Under the pieces are notes generated by a model that worked only from the letters and a program-made list of their open reading frames with translations, ran no database searches and was not told the origin of the DNA. From Phyllobates terribilis (lineage: Eukaryota): a stretch of 64,000 bases of DNA. The stretch spans positions 261,764,001-261,828,000 of the forward strand of contig NW_027362771.1 in assembly GCF_046119375.1 (NCBI RefSeq), in the 5' to 3' direction. How positions within the stretch are numbered: position 1 is the first letter of the stretch; every line of letters begins with the position of its first letter. Of this stretch, positions 53,579 through 63,246 are shown piece by piece. A program made the position numbers and the translations under genes.

Positions 53579-56500
53579 GCGCCATTTTCTGTAGTGTCTC
53601 CATTTTTCGGGATCTGGGCCTAGGTAAGAGCTTATATTTTGCTCGCCGAGCTGACATTTTTATTGATACCATTTTGGGGTCGATACGACGTTTTGATAAA
53701 CCATTATTGCAATGTTGCGGTGACCAAAAAAAACCATAATTCTGCTGGCGTTTTGATTTTTTTTCCTCGTTATGCTGTTTTCCGATCGGATTAATTTTTT
53801 ATATATATTGATAGATCGGGTGATTCCGAACACAGCGATACCAAATATGTATTTTGATTTTTTTTGTTTTATTTTGATAGGGCAAAAAAGGGGTGATTTG
53901 AACTTTTTTTTTTTAAAAAAAACAAAACTTTTTTTCAGTTTTCGCATACTTCAATAGTCTCTATGGGAGTATGACAATCACAGGGGTCTCCTGCAGATCC
54001 CGGATTGTCATGCCAACCCATCAGCAACCCGCGATCATATAATGAGCATGCCGATGGGTGGGTTTTATGACGCGCTTCCGGCGCTGCCATGTTAAATGCC
54101 GCTGTTGGAGTTTGATGTTAACAGCTGCGGGTGGATCGCGATTCCACCTGCGGCTGTTAAGTGCATATGACAGCTGATCAGATCAGCCGTCATGTGCCGG
54201 AAAAGATTTGGGCTTATTGCCGGAGCCTTCCTGGAGTGCAGGGACACGACCTTGGACGTACCTATACGTCCAAGGTTGTAAAGGGGTTAGTAGTAATTGA
54301 ATAGACAATAGTGTATATGAAATCCAGTTCATTGAAATTTATCTTGCCCATCTAAAAGTAAGTTTCTCATTCAGCATATCTGAAGTGAGGCACCTTTTGC
54401 TCTGTTATAGGGAGGTTATTCTGCCAACCATGAGCAACTGGAAGAAATCCACAGCACTACCGGTTTATGGTGCTCGAGGAGGGTCCAATACCAAACTATT
54501 AGTGAGAAACACCTCGGCAAAGCTACTTTGAATATATATTTTTAATGCAGTCCAAGAAAATCACAAAGTTTCGGTCAACATGACCTTCATCAGTGTAGTC
54601 CGACCGCTGTGGGTAATCAAGATTGGATGAAGGGGGAAGGGGACGCTGTGCTCCAGAAGGATTGGGTCCCAGGGATCTGTGGCTCTCAAAGAGTGGGGAA
54701 CGTGGTGGGCAGGCATCGGAACAAGCGGATTTCACTGATGAAGGTCATGTTGACAAAAACGTTTGTTTTCTTGGACTGCATTAAAAATATATATTCAAAG
54801 TAGCTTTACTGAGTGCCAAGGTCTTTCTCAACCATGAGCAACTATCTGCTTAAAGCGTAAGTTGTTTTAATCAGGGTGGATTTGATTTAAATCTAACTGA
54901 TTTAAATCACGATTTAAATCACTAGTCAGTAAGGCTTGATTTAAATCAGTGATTTAAATCAAAGTTTCTACCTAAACTAGTTCTTGCTACTTTAACATGC
55001 AAGTAGATGAAGATTTTTAGAATCACTTTTTATATTACTTTTTTCTCCCCAGTTTAATGGGTTAATCATTCATATTTGGACACCACTGTTCTGTTGTACT
55101 TAGGAAGGAGAAAAATAATCCTGACCTTAATAACAATTTAAATAGATTTATTCAACTGAAACCATAACAACATTACAGCATACGTTATTTGCTTAAACAA
55201 ACATCCATGTTTGTTAACTAATTTGGCTAAACAAAATATATATATATTTTAAGAAACTTAGACTGTCAGCCCAGCCGACACATGAAAAACTTAAATACTA
55301 CTGTCCCTGCTGTCCTCTGTAGCTCACTCGTCGTCATCTTCATCATCTTCTTTGTTCCTATTCATAATCTGGAAAAGAAAAACAAGCTTTCCTGCTTTAT
55401 TGGGTTCCAACCGATTTCTCAATTTAGAATGAATGAGTCCAAAGGAAGAGAATATTCTTTCAATGCCTGCAGAAGAAGCTACTGCTGTTAAAAGTGAAAT
55501 CATTACTTGAACAGTCTCTAAATCCAAGCGCTTAAGTGACTTCCACCAGTTTACTGGTGTGACCTTCCTTAAAATATCTTCAGCAAACATATATTTCTTG
55601 AATGGTTCCCCCTTAGCTCTGAAGTTTATTATAGTTGGCATTAAAGATGGATGATTGCTGGATACCCATGTCATAGCTAACTCCTCTTCCTCAGCACTTA
55701 GGTTTTGACCCTGATATTGGATATTGACAATATTTGCCAAAAAATGAGCTGGAGTCAGTGCTTGTCCCATTCGTTTGTTTACTGCTTGTAATTTAATTCT
55801 GTCATTGTGTAGTTCTGTTTTTAAGTGTTCACTCGGTTCCTTCCAAATTTCAACAGCATCCGCAATAAAACAGCTATTTTTCTGTATTTTGTTTAAAGCT
55901 TGAGAGATGGGTTTCAGGAAGCTCAGCATATGTTCAACATTTCTCTTACGGCCAAAATCCTCAACATTGGGCTTGACAGTGCCATCTATTTTATCTCTAT
56001 TTTCTTCACAAAGTGTCATCAGAATAGGCCAGTTTTTGATATACTGCTCAAAATAGTCCACCACAGAGTTCCATCTAACATCTTGTGGGAGCGTTAGCTT
56101 GGTTCCACCCATCCTTTTCAGAGCTGCTGCAGCAAAATGATTATTACGGAAGTATTTAGCAATTTCAACAACATTAGCCTTTATTTCTGGAACACTTAAG
56201 TCTTTGGCTAAGAGGTGCAGCAAATGAGCACTGCAACCATATGTTATTAGCAGCTTTGTATTCCCTCCCTGCTCTTCTAAATTTCTTCTCATCTTGGATA
56301 CGTTTGCAGCATTGTCAGTGACCAAACTGCGTACTAGACATTTGAATTTTTGTTCACATGTTGCTATAGCTTTTACTGCCACTTCTTGTAAGTATTCTGC
56401 TGTGTGTGCATTTCCTGACGTATCAGTTGTTTGTGCAAGGAAGACTTTACCTTCTTCTGTTGTTATACAAGCACATACAATAGGATCATTGTGGACATTA

Positions 56501-59500
56501 CTCCACCCATCAATACTTAGGTTAACAATTTTACCCTCCAGAGCTGTTGCACATTGCTCCATTTCTCTGTCATACACTTGATCCAGCAGTTTCCCTGCAA
56601 CATCAGCTCTGCTGGGTGGACTGTATCCTGGTCTCAGTGACTGAACCATATTAATGAAATGTGGGTTCTCAGTCAGACGGAAAGAAGAGTTCGTTGCATA
56701 AATAAACTGGGCAATTTTTTCATCAATCAACTCTTTTTCTAATCTGCTAGTTCTTATCACAAACCTATCTATGGTGGTTCCAGGAGGTAAAGGTTTTTTC
56801 TTCCTTTTGGGTGATGGTGATATGTGTCTGTGGGTGTCTGATGATGATGATGATGCTGCTGCTAATGAAGCACTATCCTGGATGGATAACTCTGAAACTG
56901 TAGAACAGGATGATGATGATCTTGGAGGTGGATAGTTTCCAGAATCCATGAATTCCCCTAAACAAAAAAAGTCAATGCTGTTATTTTATTGTTTATACAA
57001 TTTCTGCTTATTGTACACAACACATCACTGCCCCTGCCCCAAAAGGAATATTTGTTTTTCTTCATAACTGTACCAAATGACAGTAACATGCAGTAATAAT
57101 AAGAAATATAATTTTTCTCACACATGACAGTTCAGTCTTTAGAAATAGGATTCAATAAAAATGTTTACCAACAGATCCTGCCTGTTCAGAAGTGTTTCTT
57201 TGGTCATCTTCATCACCGCACTTCTCATGATGTTGCCTCATTCGCGCCACCAGGCCTTGCATCTCTTTATTGCATCGTTTGCATTTTGCACGCATGCCTG
57301 CCTTACCGATAGGCGAAGGAGCTTCATTAAAATATTCCCAAACTGGGTCTCTTTTACGGCCTGCTGCCATTATAAGGAAAGAATGTAATAAACCTCAGAT
57401 CGTACACACAAACAGATCCAGACTTGTCTGTCTGTGGCTATGCTGCAGTATTGTGCTCAAAGTTTCACTTTCATTTTCTTGTCTGCTTGCCCTTCCTCCT
57501 CCTCACACTTAGATTCACATTCTTCTTGTGTTGTGCAGAATAATTCCACTCCAAACAATCAGAAACATATTGTCTAACTTCTTGGACTTGGCACTGAAGG
57601 GGTTGATTCTGTATTCATAGGTTTGTAGAACAATAGGATTAAGGTCTTTTTCTCAACTTTGTTCATGTTGTAACATTTTTGCCGTGAAGAAGAGGCTGGG
57701 ACCTCTGCGGAGTCAAATTCAGTTTTGAGAACTGCGTAAGTAAAGCGAGCGTCTGTGATAATATAGGAGAGAAACTGCCCACTAATCCTACAGAAACCTC
57801 TGGAAGAGCATGGCATTGTGAATGTTACACATATACAGCCTTTATTCTACTGAGTTAAGCAACTCAGCTTTATCTCATGATGGAAGAACCTTTGGATGGT
57901 AAAATATTTTCCTCAAAAAGCAGTTTATTGAAAAAAATCCGATTTAAATAAAAAAAAATCAGATTTTTTTTTTTTATTTTTTTTTAAAAAAACATTGATT
58001 TTTATCCACCCTGGTTTTAATGGGAAAGTCTTTACTGAATACAGATTTTAGTTCAGAATTGAAAATTGTGATAATGACTGATCAATTCTGGCAGAGAAAG
58101 AAGCAGATTTGTCTGATAAGATATATCACAGAGTTGCTGATTTTCATGTGTATTATTGATTTATGAAATAAAAATTAAAATGATGGTTACACTTTAACCA
58201 TAAGGATATTAAAACTTGAGAGAACTTTTGAACATGCATAATACATTTATTTAGGAGGGCCTCCCAATGTTCTTTATTTCTTATATACATTTCTAAATTG
58301 TCAAATAAGTTCTGATCCATAAACTTTTGACCCTTGGGCAGGTCTACCTAATGTGAAGTGTGTTGCTTAACATCTAGGAGATTAGCCAAAGACTGCATAG
58401 GCAATTTATGGGCTGGTGTAAGGTACCACCTAATTACGATTGACACTGATCCTTGAAGTACAGAGGAAGCCTTGTGTGTAGGAGGTCCATATCTGGGAGC
58501 ATAGATCTTCATTTAGGGTTAACCAAGTGTAATCCCAATCTTGACATGTAAGATAGATGTATCAAAGGGAGCATGAAGTAAGTTACAATACAGCAGAGTA
58601 ATAATGCCTGGCGAATGGGAGCAGGATTCAGATCTTTGTTAATATGAGGGGTCTGGAGATGACAAAATTCAGATAATTTAGTATAATACAACTAGCTATT
58701 GAACCCGTTCTACGGGTGGCGAGCATTTTTAATGGTACATTTTTAATTTTATTAATGGCACCAGAGTCAGCACGTGTGCATACCACGCTATCCTGCACCA
58801 TTTTTTTTTAAAGATCCTGTGTCTGCAATAAAACGGCGCTGGAGACCGCGGTATCCGCACGCACTGACTCCGGCGCTGTTTTATTGAAGTAATGTACTAC
58901 GTCAATATAGTAGTGCGCAACCGCCGACCATAGGGATAATGATGATGGCCGGCATGTGCGCACTGCTAGGTTGACGACTTAGTAGAATTTTTCAATAAAA
59001 TGGTCCAGGAGTCAACGCTTGCGTATTCTGCTCCATTTTGTTGAAGACTTGTGTCTGTGAATTTGCATACACAGTGTCTACAATAAAATGGCGCCATAGT
59101 GCAGTATACGCACGTGCTGATTCCGGCGCCACCCATCCCGGCTTCGGACAGAAGGACACGTCCAGCATTATATACAAGATGTACTGATAATACTGGGATG
59201 TACTCACTTATGCTAAATGCTTTATATATAATCTACTGGTAATACAGGGGCTGCACTCACTTATGCTGAGCGCAGTATATATAATGTACTGATAATATGG
59301 GGGTGTACTCTCTCTCTCGTCCTGGACATAATGTCGTTATTGCGCCATACTGAGCATGCTCAGTCTATAGAGGCTTTGGACAGACTGATACATCCCTGAT
59401 ATATTCTAGATGTGTATTTAGTCAAAAATTGTATAGACTAGAATATCCCTTTAAATGATATGGATATCTTTGGGGGGACCATTTTTTCAAATACATGTAT

Positions 59501-59984
59501 TTTGGACAAAAAATGTTTGCAATTGTGTTTCATTGAAAAATTGTCACAGTTCGTATTCTTTAGCACAAAATGTGGTTAAGTAAAGAAAAGTTGCTGCCTC
59601 TCCCCTACAATGTGTCCATATTCTTTAAGGGATATATATTTACATGTGACAGCTTGATTCTAGGTCACAAAAGTTTTAGCAACCAATTTCATATATGTAA
59701 ATGGGGATGTTTTTGGTGTAAGCCCTGTTTTAGATGAATGAAATAGTTACATGGGGAAGATGAAATGTAGAAATAACTAACCTGATTTTGTATGAAGAAA
59801 GATGAAACATTTCTTTTTATTAAAAGCTCCTGGTGCAGACACCTCTACGCCGTGGACCACTGAAGAACAAAAACTTCTTGAGCAAGCACTGAAAACATAT
59901 CCTGTAAATACTCCTGAAAGGTGGGAGAAGATTGCAGATGCTGTCCCTGGCAGGTCCAAGAAGGACTGCATGAAAAGATATAAG
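28759..59984 (+). CDS. DNAJC2: DnaJ homolog subfamily C member 2 (MPP11/ZRF1), coding exons 1-16; last exon outside window
   Basis: 16 exons, all introns GT-AG, 1794 nt = 598 codons in frame; J domain with HPD, zuotin homology region, two SANT/Myb repeats (WSEDDLQLL; [10 protein letters not shown]). Head-to-head with PSMC2 as in mammals. Confidence 0.97.
30045..30905. mobile_element. Harbinger-like MITE family copy 1 (others 37600..38511 and 39577..39934)
   Basis: Ends AGGCTATGTGCCCACG / (C)GTRGGCACGCWGCCT with TWA-like flanks; interior shared with 37600..38511. Confidence 0.75.
31135..31305 (+). repeat. Partial copy of the Penelope-like terminal repeat seen at 44165..44765
   Basis: Near-identical TTTTAGGATTGCTACTTCCTATAGG...CACTCTCCGCAAGGAGAAA plus CCTTGGAT tail. 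Confidence 0.75.
32790..33085. repeat. Inverted-repeat module (~120-bp arms) with a degenerate hammerhead-like motif in the loop
   Basis: Arms 32790-32907 and 32971-33085; minus strand of loop reads GGAC CTGTAGA AGCGCTACTACAGCGA GAAA CGGCCATC ATCC. Confidence 0.65.
33470..34440 (+). mobile_element. 3' part of a second Tc1-like family, interrupted by another repeat (about 33680-34200)
   Basis: FQHDG...[31 protein letters not shown]; right TIR ...AAAACTTTTGGTCACGACTG near 34440. Confidence 0.75.
34557..35111. mobile_element. T2/Kolobok-like MITE
   Basis: TTAA|AGGGGTTTTCCCACGA...TCGTGGGAAAACCCCT|TTAA; long inverted arms. Confidence 0.88.
35143..36168. repeat. Near-perfect ~235-bp inverted repeat flanked by 14-bp direct repeats
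   Basis: Arms 35154-35391 and 35826-36097 (32-bp extra in right arm); ATGGACCCATATAT at 35143 and 36155. Confidence 0.85.
36750..36940 (+). CDS. DNAJC2: DNAJC2 exon 2
   Basis: [16 protein letters not shown]...DPKDWK; 191 nt. Confidence 0.96.
37077..37152 (+). CDS. DNAJC2: DNAJC2 exon 3
   Basis: [25 protein letters not shown]; 76 nt. Confidence 0.96.
37600..38511. mobile_element. Harbinger-like MITE family copy 2
   Basis: Colinear with 30045..30905. Confidence 0.75.
39420..39518 (+). CDS. DNAJC2: DNAJC2 exon 4 (HPD motif)
   Basis: [32 protein letters not shown]; 99 nt. Confidence 0.96.
39577..39934. mobile_element. Harbinger-like MITE family copy 3 (shorter)
   Basis: AGGCTATGTGCCCACGT / ACGTGGGCACGCAGCCT. 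Confidence 0.75.
40527..40668 (+). CDS. DNAJC2: DNAJC2 exon 5
   Basis: [13 protein letters not shown]...FERNS; 142 nt. Confidence 0.96.
41393..41473 (+). CDS. DNAJC2: DNAJC2 exon 6
   Basis: [11 protein letters not shown]...DAFYSF; 81 nt. Confidence 0.95.
41879..41944 (+). CDS. DNAJC2: DNAJC2 exon 7
   Basis: [21 protein letters not shown]; 66 nt. Confidence 0.95.
42452..43457 (+). mobile_element. Internally deleted, decayed Tc1-like element
   Basis: CAGTACCGTGCAACGTTT / AAAACTTTTACATAGTACTG|TA; HTH remnant HKEMGNVES...[15 protein letters not shown]. Confidence 0.75.
43756..43847 (+). CDS. DNAJC2: DNAJC2 exon 8
   Basis: [12 protein letters not shown]...IRTLV; 92 nt. Confidence 0.95.
44403..44447 (-). 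ncRNA. Minimal type I hammerhead ribozyme motif (A6 to U variant)
   Basis: TTTGCA CTGTCGA GGGG CAGTA CCCC GAAA C ACAGT G TT TGCAAA; stems I and II fully paired. Confidence 0.65.
44587..44631 (+). ncRNA. Minimal type I hammerhead ribozyme motif (GAAA to GAAU variant)
   Basis: TTTTCA CTGACGA GGGG CAGAA CCCC GAAT C ACAGT G TC TGCAAA. Confidence 0.65.
45419..45540 (+). CDS. DNAJC2: DNAJC2 exon 9
   Basis: [17 protein letters not shown]...EEKEK; 122 nt. Confidence 0.95.
46902..47051 (+). CDS. DNAJC2: DNAJC2 exon 10
   Basis: [18 protein letters not shown]...RLRTTCK; 150 nt. Confidence 0.95.
47569..48829 (+). mobile_element. 5'-truncated L1/Tx1-clade LINE in DNAJC2 intron 10 (sense orientation)
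   Basis: RT motifs [21 protein letters not shown] and LYADD (ORF 47606..48574); A-rich 3' end; 14-bp TSD AATGATGGCAGACT (47555-47568, 48830-48843) next to a TTTT/AAGA site. Confidence 0.92.
49031..49119 (+). CDS. DNAJC2: DNAJC2 exon 11
   Basis: [29 protein letters not shown]; 89 nt. Confidence 0.95.
49691..49760 (+). CDS. DNAJC2: DNAJC2 exon 12
   Basis: [23 protein letters not shown]; 70 nt. Confidence 0.93.
49953..50140 (+). CDS. DNAJC2: DNAJC2 exon 13
   Basis: [13 protein letters not shown]...[22 protein letters not shown]; 188 nt; AAG acceptor. Confidence 0.93.
50629..50729 (+). CDS. DNAJC2: DNAJC2 exon 14
   Basis: [12 protein letters not shown]...KSLQKL; 101 nt. Confidence 0.95.
52078..52188 (+). 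CDS. DNAJC2: DNAJC2 exon 15
   Basis: [19 protein letters not shown]...PSERFE; 111 nt. Confidence 0.95.
53193..54286. mobile_element. piggyBac-like non-autonomous element
   Basis: CCCCTTTACCACC / GGTTGTAAAGGGG ends with TTTA / TTAG flanks (degenerate TTAA). Confidence 0.6.
54425..54843. repeat. Inverted-repeat module with 15-bp flanking direct repeats and hammerhead-like motifs
   Basis: CAACCATGAGCAACT at 54425 and 54829; arms about 54503-54608 and 54723-54830; CTGATGA AGGTC ATGTT GACC GAAAC on minus at 54561-54598. Confidence 0.7.
54872..58013 (-). mobile_element. Full-length hAT DNA transposon (3142 bp) in DNAJC2 intron 15, antisense
   Basis: TIR core CAGGGTGGAT at both ends; perfect 8-bp TSD GTTTTAAT (54864-54871, 58014-58021); five palindromic GATTTAAATC subterminal repeats at 54884-54960. 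Confidence 0.96.
55324..57370 (-). CDS. Two-exon hAT transposase with BED zinc finger (predicted 611 aa)
   Basis: Exon 1 57370-57169 (VWEYF...CKRC...HHEKC); 211-nt GT-AG intron 57168-56958, phase 1; exon 2 56957-55324 with SIDGW, VTDNA, CSAH, RWNS, WWK, ERIFS; AATAAA on minus at 55147-55152. Confidence 0.88.
58691..58717 (-). mobile_element. Possible Helitron-type 3' terminus
   Basis: Minus strand: ACCCGT-AGA-ACGGGT hairpin, 7 nt, then CTAG|T; short tandem repeats follow at about 59170-59310. Confidence 0.4.
59827..59984 (+). CDS. DNAJC2: DNAJC2 exon 16 (second SANT)
   Basis: [18 protein letters not shown]...DCMKRYK; 158 nt. Confidence 0.95.
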
Positions 59985-61314
59985 GTGTGTACTGTTCAGC
60001 ATTGACAAATAATCGCTGTCTTTTCCCTTACATTTTTATGATCAAATGTCAGTTATCATATACCCTCTTGCGTATTAACCCCTTTACCCCCCAAGGTTGT
60101 TGGCACGTTAATGACCAGGCCAATTTTTTACAATTCTGACCAGTGTCACTTTGAGCTAATCACTCTGGAACACTTCAACAGATCCCACGGATTCTGAGAT
60201 CGTTTTTTCATGACATACTGTTCTTCATGATAGTGGTAAAATTTCTTCGATATCACTTGCGTTTATTTGTGAAAAAAATCTGAAATTTGGTGAAAATCTT
60301 GAAAATTTAGCAATTTTCAAACTTTGAATTTTCATGCCCTTAAATCAGAGAGTCATGTCACACAAAATGGTTAATAAATAAAATTTCCCATGTCTTCTTT
60401 ACACAAGCACAATTTTGGAACCAAAACTTTTTTTTGTTAGGAAGTTATAAGGGTTAAAAGTTGATCAGCAATTTCTCATTTTTCCAACAACATTTTCAAA
60501 ACCATTTTTTTGGGGTCCACATCACATTTGAAGTCACATTGAGGGGTCTATATGATAGAAAATACCCAGAAGTGACACCCCTCAAGGTGCTGAAAACCAC
60601 ATTCAAGATGTTTATTAACCCTTCAGGTGCTTCACAGAAATTTTTGGAATGTGGAAGAAAACCATGAACATTTAACTTTTTTCACAAAAATGTTACTTTA
60701 GACCCAAATTTTTATTTTCGCAAGGGTAACAGGAAAAAAATGGACCCCAAAATTTGTTGTGCAATTTCTCCTGAGCACGCAGATACCCCATATGTGGGGG
60801 AAAACCACTGTTTGAGTGAACGGCAGGGCTCCGAAGGGAAGGAGCGCCGTTTGACTTTTTGAATGTAAAATTTGCTTGAATAATTAGCGTACACCATGTC
60901 GCATTTGGGGAGCCCCTGATGTACCTAAACAGTGGAAACCCCCCACAAGTGACATTTTGGAAACTAGACCCCTCAAATAACTTATCTAGCTGTATGGTGA
61001 GCACCTTTAACCCCCAGGTGTTTCACAGAAGCTTATAACGTAGAGCCGTGAAAGTAAAAAAATCTAACTTTTTTCCACAAAATGATCTTTTAGCCCCAAA
61101 TTTTTTATTTTCACAAGGATAAGAGAAAAAAATGGACCCTAAAAATTGTTGTGCAATTTCTCCTGAGTACGCTGATACCCCATATGTGGGGAAAAACCAC
61201 TGTTTGGGTGCACAGCCGGGTCCGGAAGGGAAGGATCACTGTGTGACTTTTTGAATGCAAAATTGGCTGGAATCGAGAGCGGACGCCATGTCTCGTTTGG
61301 AGAGCCCCTGATGT

Positions 61315-61830
61315 GGCCACTACTTTTTGATTGCCCCAATCAATGGACCCTGTGCCCCTAAGTGTTTTTCTAATTACCTCCTGCTGTCCTTCTTGCCTGT
61401 GAGCGGCGCTACCGCTGGCCGCTCACAGGCATCACGTAATCCTGCCGCTGATGTCAAGTGAGGCGTGACATCAGTGACACGGCCCCCGCTGCCGGGTTGT
61501 GGGTGGGGTTACCCTGCGCGTCACACGAGCATCCACCGCGCGCTTTCCCAATGAATGGGGAGAGGGAGAGCGCGCGGTGGATGCCGGGTGTGACGTGCGG
61601 GGTAACCCCTTCCACATTCCAGCATCCACCGTGGAACGCAGAAGTAAGTCTCCCCCGGCTGCAGCCGGAACTTGACGTGACATCAGTGCATGTCAGAGCC
61701 GGCTGCAGCCGGGGGTCACGTGATGCCTGTAAGCGGCTAGCGATAGTGCCGCTCACAGGCAAGAAGGACAGCAGGAGGTAATTAGAAAAACACTTAGGGG
61801 CACAGGGTCCAATAATAAAAAGTAGTGGCC
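61315..61830. repeat. GC-rich palindromic insertion nested in the piggyBac-like element
   Basis: TGGCCACTACTTTTT...TGGACCCTGTGCCCCTAAG and its reverse complement near 61790-61830. Confidence 0.7.
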
Positions 61831-61985
61831 AACTTCTTTAAACAGTGGAAACCCACCACAAGTGACCCCATTTTGGAAACTACACCCCTCAAGGATTTTA
61901 TCAAGGGGTATAGTGAACATTTTGAACTCAGAGGTACGACGCAGAATTTTATAACATTAGGTCATCCTATTGAATATGTTGTCAT

Positions 61986-62282
61986 TAGTCTTGAGCACAA
62001 GTGCTAGCTACTTGAGTTTGCATCGGGTACGCACTATGTATCGTAGGTGCTCGAGTGACCTGCTCGAGTCCCCGTCCCGAATGTTTCACGGTTGTTAGAT
62101 ACACAAGCAATCTCCGCATATTTCTTCTGGGGTATGGCAGGCAATCCCCGTGTGTTTTTTTTTTTTGGCTATATAACAGCGAAACATGCGGGGAGGGAAC
62201 TTGAACATGTCACTTGAGCACCCGCGATACTTGGTGCATACCCGATGCAAGCTCAAGTAGCGAGCACTTGCGCTCATCATTA
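61986..62282. mobile_element. hAT-type MITE (297 bp)
   Basis: TAGTCTTGAGCACAAGTGCT / AGCACTTGCGCTCATCATTA; flanks GTTGTCAT / GTCGTCAT. Confidence 0.8.
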
Positions 62283-62884
62283 GTCGTCATCATTTTTTTT
62301 TTATTCTTTACTTTTGAAAAAATCCCAACCGTAATCCTAACACTATCCCGAGGGATCCATTCACTATAATGAGGCAGCAGAGATACTCTGGACTCCGTCT
62401 GGCCTCTGTTTAGCAGTGTCTTTTTTTTTCCCAGAAGTTCACAAAACTGTGTCCGACGGCACTTTTATGCACTCCTAATAAAAAGACTGACACTGTGGGA
62501 TCACAAGCCAGAGGGTGTCCACAGTGCCTCATTATAGGGAATCTTCCGCCGGGGGTTCCGTCTGAATCACATATTTCAGAGACTTGCATGGAAACCCTGG
62601 TGTAAGCGCTCAGCGTAGAGCGCAGGATAAATGTGAGCTGAGCCATACTGTGATCTCTGGGAGGCAGAATGAACAAATCTGCAGCAGGTGAAGAATTGGT
62701 TTTATTTATTTTTTTACGCTGTTCCGCGTGCGGTATAAGTGATTAGACAACTTAATTTTTCGGGTTGGTGTGATTACAGCGATACCAGATTTATATCAGG
62801 TTTTTATATTTGGCAGCTGTCACACTAAAAAAAATTTTTTTTTTTTTTTGCAAAGACTATTTCGCATCACTATATTTTGAGCTA

Positions 62885-63246
62885 CAGGTGCTTCTCACAA
62901 AATTAGAATATCATCAATAAGTTAATTTATTTCAGTTCTTCAATACAAAAAGTGAAACTCATATTATATAGAGTCATTACAAACAGTGATCTATTTCATG
63001 TGTTTATTTCTGTTAATGTTGATGATTATGGCTTACAGTCAATGAAAACACAAAAGTCATTATCTCAGTAAATTAGAATACTTTATAACAACAGCTTGAA
63101 AAATGTTTTTAAAACCCGAAATGTTGGCCTACTGAAATGTATGTTCAGTAAATGCACTCAATACTTGGTCGGGGCTCCTTTCACCTCAATTACAACGGAT
63201 GAAATAAACTAACTTTTTGATATTCTAATTTTGTGAGAAGCACCTG
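62885..63246. mobile_element. Tc1-derived MITE (362 bp)
   Basis: TA|CAGGTGCTTCTCACAAAATTAGAATATC...GATATTCTAATTTTGTGAGAAGCACCTG|TA; perfect 28-bp TIR. Confidence 0.9.

Larger units (their letters stand above)
54854..58193. mobile_element. Short T2-like MITE split by the hAT insertion
   Basis: TTAA|AGCGTAAG...GGTTACACT|TTAA; about 190 bp once the hAT and one TSD copy are removed. Confidence 0.6.

Noticed and set aside
57574-57816. 80-aa ORF upstream of the hAT transposase
   Set aside because: No recognisable domain or splice link; faint resemblance to a hAT C-terminus is too weak to call.
60736-61320. CRISPR-like or bacterial repeat array
   Set aside because: Units are ~390 bp with no unique spacers; the context is eukaryotic and there are no cas or other prokaryotic genes.
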